From Saccostrea cucullata (taxonomy: Eukaryota): a stretch of DNA of 64,000 bases. The DNA lies in assembly GCF_032062105.1 (NCBI RefSeq), contig NW_026930899.1, forward strand, positions 124,001-188,000, given 5' to 3'. A program made the position numbers and the translations under genes. The notes under the pieces are model-generated. The model did not search any database, was not told where the DNA came from, and saw only the letters and a program-made list of their open reading frames with translations. This document shows, piece by piece, positions 54,437 to 64,000 of this stretch (the first letter of the stretch is position 1; each line of letters begins with the position of its first letter).

Positions 54437-55248
54437 TTAAGGACAGGCCATCCAGGTCGCACCGAGTCCGTACATCTTTGTGTCGTGAAGGGTCTTCAAG
54501 ATTAGAGTAAACTGAGTCCTATTTAAGTGCTCCAGTTCCACTACGGCCCTAGTGTTCTCAGCAAAGTTGACATCCAACATTTTGATTCCGTACATAAAAG
54601 CAGGTCGCTCTGCAAAAGGTTTGTCAAACACAATTGTCTTTCTGATAGGAAAAGGAGAGACTGGATATCCCGCGTATTCCATTTCTCCAAACTGACCTGT
54701 AAAAACCAAACACTGTGTGTGAATGATGATTACTTCTTCTGATGTCCTGTCGATTCTTATCTCACCAAAAAAAAAAAAAAATTGCATGGAACTTTACTGT
54801 AAAAATGATGTAAATCCATATCTGTTTGTTATAATGGAAATAAAACAGTACAGCTAATGGCATACTCACATCCAGATTCTGCAAATTTGATTCCTGTGTG
54901 AAAAAAAGGTAAATAAATACAATGTATAGTGGTTAATTAGCAGACAGAAAATTGAAATAAATAATGAAAAAAAGTTAATAATACCTATATGTAAAGTATA
55001 CATGTTTTTACCTTTTTTAACACATTATTAATTTCTCATCACCAGGCATTTAAGAAGAAAGCATGAGAACCATATTTCTTATAACAGTTTCCTCCTTTGG
55101 TTAAAAAAGTGTATCCACACACAATGAACACAACTGAATTTTTAAAAAATAATAATAACTACAGCAAAAATGGCACTAAAATGATAATGATTTAAAATAA
55201 TAATGTCCACTCACCTAGTAGACAAAAGAACAAAAGGATCGGCTTCAT
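54437..55248 (-). CDS. Secreted H-type lectin domain protein C (105 aa)
   Basis: Exons 55248-55215 (MKPILLFFCLLG), 54893-54870 (24-nt microexon), 54696-54437; in frame (318 nt); IVFDKPFAERPAFMYGIKMLD...NTR...F.....LHDTKMYGLGATWMACP. Confidence 0.88.
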
Positions 55249-56010
55249 TCTATTTTCTTTTTCTGGAAAATTAAATAAATTACTGTTTTTCAAAGTACTT
55301 TCCTACTTTCAGTTATAATGCATTAAAATACAAATATCTTAAAAAGCGGAAATAACAATTTTACTATAGAACATATAGTCATACTTACAGTAAATTTTAT
55401 TTTGTTTCCTATTCCACGTAAAGAAATTTTAAAAACCCTTGTTTGAATTTTTGGACTTAAATTTCTTTTGTTAACATATTTAAAACGTTACTATTAGCAA
55501 TGATAAATTGAAATGGTTTGCGTACGTAAGTAAGGAATTTAGAGGCACAGAAAACGTGTTTCAAGTTGTTTTTCTCTGCAGTACTTTTTCGCTTCAAGAG
55601 ATAATTAATAACAGGCATGACAGTTGAAAAATGTCGATGTTATATGGCGTCAATTTTAAGTCAGAAACACATGTCACAACTTTATTAATTTTGTTGTGAA
55701 GACCTGTTCCGCTGTAGTGATTTATCTTTTTCAAGTCTGTCATACACCAATTGTGTTTCTATTCAACAAAGAAGGTTACAAGATCATATAAATTCTCGAC
55801 CAGAACCTGTATTTCCTACCTCATCAAGGGCAGTTCAGTGCTCATGTTTCCACACCCATTAATTTGATGGATTAAAAAAAATTAAAAAGGTCCAAGGATT
55901 CCAAGTGCAATTCAACACGAAGAATTTCTTGTCCTAAATATTAATTCACCTAAGCTTTTCGTACCAGTAAAGGGTACTCGTATTTTATACTAACATCCCT
56001 CACATCTTAA

Positions 56011-56681
56011 GGTAGTCCGATCCAGAGGTTATGAAAATCAGGCTTTGAGTAATTGAAAATGCTCACAAAGAAGTATCAGATTTCTCAAAGTAATGTGTAT
56101 TTACCCACGGTGTGGATCAAAACAGTATCTTCAAAGTTAATCATATTATGTAGGAAAAATAGTAAATCTCAAATAAATTTTCAGGAAATGCGAATAGAAC
56201 TACCTAAAGCTTATTTTCTTATTGAAAATCGATCAATTAATACATTTTAAAAATAAAAATCATAGGTATCCAGGCTTCTAAAGAAAATTTTTATGATATT
56301 CATGTTAATTCGATACTTTAGTTTCTCCTATTTACTTCGATAATTTTATAATACATAGTGTAGGAAGTATTCCCTATCACAGAAAACACCATAAATCATT
56401 TCTCATTTCATATCATGCTAATAAACATTGATAACGAAGGCTAGATTTAAAGATCTTCGATTTCATTTGATATGTAATTTTTACTTCTTTTTATGAGGTT
56501 CAAATATTTACTTTTTATATATCCTTTCTTAAAACTTCAAAGAACCTTGAATCACGTTATATTAAGAGGCATAAAATGAAAATTGTTGCATGAAAATATT
56601 TCATTTTCAAGCTTTATTTTGAGACTTTTTGAATTAAAATAAATAAAAGAGGTATTCTTCCTGGCTGAGGATCGGATATCC
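56011..56681 (-). mobile_element. TTAA MITE, inverted diverged copy of 46795-47431
   Basis: Ends ggtagtccgatcc / ggatcggatatcc with TTAA flanks; collinear reverse-complement similarity. Confidence 0.8.
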
Positions 56682-57771
56682 TTAATATATAAGACATATA
56701 AGCAAATATACTTTGAATTTTTCATGTAGTCAGAAACCAGACAAGAATCCCTCCTTAGGGAAATTGTAGAAAAAGTATTTTAATGGGAATAAATTTTGTA
56801 CAAGTGTAAATAAATATTTTGTGTTTCTAATTTCATTCATAGTCTAACAATAAAAAATTAAGATTTATTTTGAACTTATTTTATTCACAATCAAATGGAT
56901 CAACAACAAGTTCTAACAACTTTCTAATCCCTCTCCTTAAAATAACATAATAATTATGCAATGTAATAAAAATAAAAATCTTTATCTGAACTAGTATTTG
57001 CCTGCATTGATTACAGTATTCCATGGTATTTCAGCTTAAATTTTTCGGAGCCCATCTTAGAGGACTAATACTATTCGTTGCACAGAGTTGTCTTTTCGGT
57101 GTATATGCATCTACTTTTGAAGACTGGGTACTTGTATATTCATCATAACCATTCTAGAAGACATATTTGATACAACAAGCAAACTTTGGCTTTAAAACTT
57201 TATCAGCATGAGGCAAAACTTATTTCATTTTTCAAATGTGTATTTACATTTTCTTGTCTCTGATTATAGGTTGCATTGAAATTAAAGCACTGTGTACCCT
57301 CTACACTACGAAATAAAAACGTTATTTAAACTGAAAAGATTTTTCTTGAGTGGAGATTGAACAAATGATGTATCTTTAATTGAAAATCTCTGGGCATTGC
57401 TTCCATCATTGAAAAGTTAAAGACGTATTTGTGTTAAAGTCCTTAGTGTGATATTGAATATATTTTCTGTCGAACAATGAATTGGACTCATCGGTAAACA
57501 GAGACTACATTTACTGTAGAGTAATATTATGTGATTGGTTAACATTGACGTGAACTACATATGCTTCGCTGATCACCTTTCATATTTCCTTTTTGATTGA
57601 GAAATTTAATTCGAAACATGACAATTGAAAAACACAAATGATTTTTGTACTGTATTTGGTTAGAACTCGTCAATTTTTCACCACCTTCGCGTTTGAACTG
57701 ATCGGACTGAAACAACCTCAATACGGATAAGTAGCAAATAAATTAATAGAAAATTGGGAATACTTCAAGAT

Positions 57772-59453
57772 ATGGATGAGGAATTGTATCGGGAATTTAC
57801 TTGTCCGATTTGTGCCGACATCTTCACTAATCCCAAAGGCCTTCCCTGTCTGCACTCCTTCTGTAGAGAATGTCTGCGTGTATATATCACCAAACAGCAG
57901 GAAAATAAAACAAGGAACTGTGAGTTTTCGTGTCCAGTTTGCCGCCATAATGTTGTGCCGTCCGATGTTCGGAAACCCGTGGAAGACTGGGTGGATCAGT
58001 TCCCGAGCAACCATCAAATCATTAGCCTCATGGACATCATGGTGCCAAAGAGAAACGATAAACCCTGTAGACTTTGTTTGAAGCGAGAGATCAACACAAA
58101 AGCAGTGAATCTCTGTCGGACGTGCCAAGAGGAATACTGTGCCGACTGTTCAAGGTTTCATCAGCTTCTTAAGGCCACCAAAGGTCATAAGCTCTTCCCC
58201 CTAGAAAATATATCACCGCCATCTAGGTCTTCTACGGCGGTGACGACTCTGTCTCTTCCTGAAGACCATGGTAGCTTATTCGAGTACACAATCGAGTGCA
58301 CGGGCTGCAAACAGCTAAATGTTACCTCGGAGACGGATAATGCTGAGGTTTGGATAACGGGTGCAGTATTTTTGGAAGACGATAAAATACTAATGGCAGA
58401 CAACAGAAATTTGAAATTAAAACTGTTCTCTGCAGATTTTAAATTTATAACTGAAGATGATTCCTTCAAGCCTTACGATTTAACATTGATGGATAACGAA
58501 ACTGCCGCAGTTGGTGATTCGGGTTGTATCAGGTATTGTACTGTAGAAAATAATTCATTAAAATTGACAAAAACTTACAACAACGATTGGAAAATTTATG
58601 TGCCAAAAATGCTGTCATTGTCGGGTTACTGTAGAGGAATATGTTCCAGTCAAAGTAAATTAGCCGTGTGCTCTGGTAAAGACTTGGACAAACGAATCAT
58701 TCTCCAGGATATAGAAATTGTCCGCCATATTTGGCAAGACATTGATGGAAAGAGTCTGTTTAGAGAACCATGGTACTGTGTGATGAACGAAGCTGCGTCT
58801 TTGATCTTTGTGGCTGATGGAGTGGGAATGGAGGGACACGTGATCTGCGTCACCACACAGGGTCGGTTCCGGTGGAAACACAAATTTGAAATGCCGAGAG
58901 GTTTATGTATCTGTGGCGATCACCTTTTGGTTGCAGACATGAAAGACAATAGCATTAAGGTATGTGACCATGCCATCATAAAGCAGAGACTAGTTAGATA
59001 TTTCTTATCTTTAAAAATGAGGAAATTCACCATCAAGTACAATATTGCAGTGACACGTCTTCGGTAAAGAGGCAGTGCATCTCCGTCAGAAGCGAACAAA
59101 TTTGCTTATGAAAAAGTTTAAAACAACAGATTGTGGCTGAATCTTATTTAAAATACAGTTGAAATTTTATATTGGTTATGACCTGTTAATATACCATTTC
59201 ATTTCAGGTGATATCGTTTGATGGAGAAGAGGTAAAGACCCTCCTTACAAAGGAGGACGGTATTCAGCGCCCTCAGTGTGTGGCCATCAACAGGACGGGA
59301 GACAAGCTGCTGGTGTCATCGTGTCCCCCCTACAACAACGACTTTGTGTCTATATTTGATATGACCTACAAAAAGAAAGAGAAGAAGAGACCGGTGTCTG
59401 TAGGGTCTGCTGTTAGGAGAAACCGACAAAGTGAACTCTGTTCTATCTGCTGA
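57772..59453 (+). CDS. TRIM-NHL-like E3 ubiquitin ligase (RING, B-box1, NHL/beta-propeller, C-terminal CaaX), 477 aa
   Basis: Exons 57772-58959 and 59208-59453 (GT at 58960, AG at 59206-07, phase 0). C3HC4 RING CPIC..PCLHSFCREC..CPVC; B-box CRLC..CRTC..YCADC..H..GH; propeller repeats (ITG..ILMADN, PYDL, PWYC..IFVAD, PRGL..LLVAD, PQCVAIN); AATAAA at 59476. Confidence 0.9.
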
Positions 59454-59716
59454 GGCCATCATCTTTGGCTTTCTCAATAAAGAGATACAATATACACGGA
59501 GTTGAATTTTTTAACCTTATTATTTGCAGATGATTTTTTTCACTTAACATTTGACAGAAAATGTTAAAACTTTACAAATTAAATTTGTATTTGTTTATTT
59601 ATTGGGATCTTTCTTCACTCACTGCAGTATTCTCTGAGTCATTTCTCTCTGATCTTGATGACATGCCCTTAAGTGGAATTAAAATACTACTACATGTTTC
59701 TCTAATGATACTTCTA

Positions 59717-59995
59717 CACTGAAAAAAATAACTAGTGAAAGTCACGAAGAAGACTAGTAAATTGACTGTCCATACAATCACTACCTTGAAAGTAGTTTTA
59801 CTAGGCATTCGGTAGATTTACTAGATAATATTAGCAAATCTAAGAATTTATGAGTAACTTTCACTAGGTATTTAAGTATCTTTACGACCACTACTCCACT
59901 TTTCACTATCTTAGCTCGTAAACAGAGTGATTACTAATCATGAAGAATGCTTTACTAGGCATACTAGTTAAATCAACTAGGTATTTCTTTCAGTG
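59717..59995. mobile_element. CACTG-ended MITE with TA flanks
   Basis: TIR cactgaaaaaaataactagt / actaggtatttctttcagtg; internal tactag repeats. Confidence 0.65.
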
Positions 59996-61445
59996 TAATG
60001 ATAATGATGATTTTACAGGTAGGACAGGAGCCCCATCTTTCAGACTTTTTCTCTCATAAATTACTGTATATACTTTTATGACCAATACAAAACAATTTAC
60101 AAAAAAGATTACCCGGCTGTATATAGTGGGTAAAATTTCTTATATACATGCACATATGCTTTGTTTCTTTCGGGTAAATTTTCGATTTGATGGTATCTAT
60201 GGATTTGATAACAAATACATGTATGTCATTTGAAATAATTATGAGGGGAAAAATACAAACGGCCCGGCATTCATTGAGCTGTGGGTGGGGAAGGACCTGT
60301 TCACCTGTAATTTTCCTTGACAACATGTAAGAACTAAATTTAATATATTTAATTTATATAGGTTTATTATTTCAATGTAATTAACAACCGTTAAGGCACC
60401 CGACGATACATATTTTTCTGATATATAAAAAAGGATAACCCATACCTAATAATTTTAAGTATGGTAGTTTAATATTTTTATGAGAAAATATGTTACGCCG
60501 GGTGTCTGTGTCTAAAAGTCCGAAAAATTTAAAGACATGCGATTGTGACAGACAGATACACAAGCATCGCAAAACCAAATTTTCCCTCTCCCTCTTATAG
60601 AGCGTTATTAGAATACGATGCTTCTGCTATGGGAAGATGATGAAAAAATGGTCTTACTCCAATAAAACATGTATATTTCAAATCACAGGCACTTGTTTCT
60701 ATAATAAACTTTTAACCCATAGTATAATGATTTGTTATACCATGGGTTAAAAATAAATACATGCATGCCCGTGTTTCAAATATATACGTACGATGCGACC
60801 GGAAACATAACATAATGAGGCCTAGATTTCTGAGAAAAGGGAAGGAATCGAGAAAGAAAGACCGTTACTACTAAAATATTGACTGAGGGGCACAACATTT
60901 ATGAAAACTGCATTGATTCTTTAAAAGAATATATATCGATATTGTCAAGGTTTTTTTTAATGGGTTTTGTGGAATTAAAACTGGAAGTTGTGGTCAAATT
61001 TGTTTTAAGTCAGAGAAGACTTTTTCGACAAATTTGACGATGGAAAAAATAAATTGTTTATTTTTAACATTAACATTTTTATAAATTTTCATTCCAAGTG
61101 AAAAATTAAAAAAAAAAAAAAATCGACAGGGACGTAATAAATAAAGGGGGGTCCACACTTTTTTCCTCACATTAAATTTTACAACTGAAAATATTGATTG
61201 GTTTGCTTATCATTTTTTTTCCGTACAAGTTTTTTATTCCTCTGGCTACCCCCCCCCCCCCTCTTTTTCAAAGACTTTCAAAAAACTTGAATGGCTATGT
61301 GCCTTCAAGTACGTATTCTTATTTTCAAACACTGGATTTGGTGTAAAGTATGCCGAATTACATTGATATTCAACATCTAGTGTACGGGAAAATATTTAAC
61401 AAGGAATAAATTTCTTTTCAGAAATACACTCGGGATTTGAAAAAA

Positions 61446-61500
61446 CGGAAGTTTGGGAAGTGTGGCTTTATGGGAAATTTTAGAAAACTAAACACACGTG
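61446..61500 (+). promoter_or_regulatory. Fibrillarin proximal promoter/5'UTR: ETS motif and Myc-type E-box
   Basis: CGGAAG at 61446-51 and CACGTG at 61495-61500, 19 nt before the ATG. Confidence 0.5.
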
Positions 61501-61519
61501 GGTAGCATTTTTCGAAAAC

Positions 61520-63763
61520 ATGGGAAGACCAGGTACTATCTTTCATTACAACAACTTCAATTTGATAGTTTAATTCTCTTGATATACTTATAAAAGAGCA
61601 TGTATCAATTACAGTTTACTAGCTGTGGAGTGCCTTAAAATGAAAAAATATGCATATCATGATCATCCAAGCACACCAAAACAGTAATGAGTAAATGTTA
61701 TTGTTAGAAGCTTAGAAAAATGTGATCTTCTAATGTCATTATTTTTAGAAATAAATTTAGCTTCCACTATGAAGCACAATATTTACACCTTTCTTTGTGA
61801 CTGGGATACATTTTATTTGTCCCCGGTACCAAGAAGGCCGAAGTTCATCTTTTAATTTTCATGAAGAGATCACACATGTTCATCATCAATTCATCATGTC
61901 TGACAGTGATACAATTTTGGAAAGTTTTTTAACAGATTTGCAGTTTAATAAAATGTACCATAGGATTTGTGTCCAATGCAGGGAATCCTTTACTTATTCA
62001 TACTAAAAAGTGTCTACCACAATCACAGGAACCCCTAGTTACTGAGTTTATAGAATAATCTAACTGTGTCTTGGGATAATCCCTCACCACAGTAAGAATA
62101 CTTCCCATATACTCGCACTGTAGCAAAAAAATGCAGAATCGCTCCAAAACAATTTTGAAAAGTCCAAAAGTATTTGCACTGAAAATAACTTACAAATTAA
62201 TAATCACAAACATTTATGAGGTTGTGTATGCCTTTAAACCTAAGGTATAATCCACATAAAGACGAAAATTCAACTATTTTTATGAACGTTTTTTCTCGCT
62301 TCAAATTTACATGTCATCATGTTTTAACCATATGTCACTGTTACAATTTGCAATACCTTTTTCACTCTCAGTCTATGCGAAAGTCACCGGACCGTCGGTT
62401 TTTACCGGTAAAATTTAGGTCGGGTCGGTAAAAAATTTCAGTATACAGGACCAAATATAAAAAAATTAGGCCAAATAAATCTAAATTAAGAGGTACACAT
62501 GGTCAAATTCCCCACAAATATCCTTTATTTGACCAATTTAGTAGTAATACCTGATTAATTTTTATGTATTACAACCCTGTCATGGTTACAGACTACTAAT
62601 TTTACCCCTATTTCATTGACCACTCAAGTAGTTCCAGTTTAAAAATAGAGGTTTCTCCTTAAAAATTCTTTGGGGCGTTTATGGAGTAGAAAGCGGTTAT
62701 TTTTGGGCATAAATGGAAAGGAGAGGGTCTGAAAAAAATTATAAAAATGATATTAATGGGAAATTCTGCTTTTAAGCGCGTAGTAGGAAGGATGTAAAGA
62801 GGCCAATATTTACCCTTTCCTCGAAGAGAAAGTGAAAAAAGCAGGGTAGGGGTTATTTGCGATGCCATAAAAGGACTTGCAGACTATGAATGTTCCTGAG
62901 AACTTGGTAAATTTTTGGACTTGAAATGGTCTTACTCTGTGCCAAGTTTCAGGTAAGTTGAGCCGGTGTAATTTTTTAAAATATTTTTTATGTTATAAAG
63001 GAATGTATAGCAAAATAATTGGTAGTCTGTGTCCTCATGATCGTTTTTATTCTAATTTCGAATTTCCTCTGTCAATGATTAGAGATCTTTAGATAGCTCA
63101 TACGTAGGTTTGGTTGGGAAAATATTTAGATAGCTCATATGTAGATTCAATTGGGAAATTATTTTCAAATGATCATTGAACTTGAGTAACCATAATTAAT
63201 TGTTTCAGGAAAAAATAAATATGCATTGAAAGTGCATATTAAATTTCATAAAATCTTTGATACAGTGTTTGTTGTATAAGTCAAATATAAAGAAAAAAAT
63301 GCATGCAATTGTATAAATAGATACCTTTTACAAAGAAAAGTTATGTAATATTTAACTTGTCTATTTCACTCTGAATTTATTTAAGGTTAAATATCACAGT
63401 GTGAATTAACCCCATCCCACCCACCCTCTCAATATTAGTATCATAATGATGTATGGATTTTAAAGGGGAGAAAAATTCAACTATTTTAAAAAATGGTTTG
63501 GTCTGGTAAAAATTTTATTTTTACCAGATTGTCACTGTAAAAATTTTAAACTTTTAGACTGCACTCTCTTGAATTTTGATATTTAAATTTGTAATGGACA
63601 TTTTTTTCAGATTTCACACCGCGAGGCAGAGGAGGTGGTCGTGGTAGAGGAGGAGACAGAGGGGGGAGGGGAGGAAGAGGAGGCTTTGGGGGTCGAGGTG
63701 GTGGTGGCGGTAGAGGAGGCTTCGGAGGTCGAGGGGGTGGGGGCAGAGGCGGGAGAGGAGGAG
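61520..63763 (+). CDS. FBL: Fibrillarin (rRNA 2'-O-methyltransferase), first two exons; gene continues beyond the window
   Basis: Exon 1 61520-61532 (ATG GGA AGA CCA G|gt) and exon 2 63611-63763 give MGRPDFTPRGRGGGRGRGGDRGGRGGRGGFGGRGG...; this matches the M(G)KPGFSPRGG start, the tiny first exon and the GAR domain of metazoan fibrillarin. The methyltransferase domain is not in the window. Confidence 0.75.
62369..63561. mobile_element. hAT-like MITE with 6-bp TSD in fibrillarin intron 1
   Basis: Ends cagtcta / tagactg; TSD cactct (62363-68, 63562-67); subterminal ccggtaaaa/ttttaccag motifs. Confidence 0.65.
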
Positions 63764-64000
63764 GTATGTCTGTGATTGTGTAAAGTGTAATGATTTCTTT
63801 GTTATTCTTTACAATTTTGATATTTAGATATGTATATTTGAGGAGGAAAATGTGATGCAGGATGCAAAAAGATTTTCAATAAATATTTTAATTTTGTGGA
63901 TATGTTTTTTATGGGCATTCTCTTTGTTAAAACTGTTTTATTGCAAGAAGGCTCGTTTATTTAATTGAAAACTGTTATGATTTTTTAAATGTAAAATTAC

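Noticed and set aside
54697-54787. N-terminal extension MQFFFFFGEIR.. of the lectin C ORF
   Set aside because: Intron read-through; the acceptor at 54697-98 matches the paralogues.
57718-58883. Antisense and alternate-frame ORFs over the TRIM gene
   Set aside because: Shadow ORFs of a real coding exon.
58960-59067. C-terminal tail VCDHAIIKQR.. of the 437-aa ORF
   Set aside because: Intron read-through; splicing to 59208 completes the propeller.
61533-63610. Intronic box C/D snoRNA in the fibrillarin intron
   Set aside because: No convincing RTGATGA..CTGA pair with a terminal stem found by eye.
63611-63763. GAR1 or nucleolin as the identity of the RGG exon
   Set aside because: The MGRP-DFTPRG start from a tiny first exon fits fibrillarin better; not fully excluded without downstream exons.

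Overview
AT-rich, intron-containing eukaryotic (metazoan) DNA, most likely an oyster or other bivalve; this is inferred from the repeat families (V-core tRNA SINE, Helentron-associated HINE ends, Penelope-like RT relics). The first ~30 kb contains no intact gene that I can support. It holds an assembly gap, a 43-bp satellite, nested MITEs, a 966-bp tandem duplication and retroelement relics. The second half holds a compact immune/cell-death gene neighbourhood, which I reconstructed by hand from GT-AG splice sites. (1) An 11-exon, 728-aa caspase-8-like gene (+) with DED-DED-DD-caspase architecture and intact SHG/QACQG. (2) Three tandem secreted H-type lectin genes (-), each built from a signal-peptide exon, a 21-30-nt microexon and a 260-nt lectin exon. 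(3) A two-exon RING/B-box/NHL TRIM-like gene (+) that lacks B-box2 and coiled coil but ends in a polybasic + CaaX (CSIC) tail. (4) The first two exons of fibrillarin (+). Most small ORFs in the supplied track are spurious or are single exons. All family assignments are by motif recognition; no searches were run.
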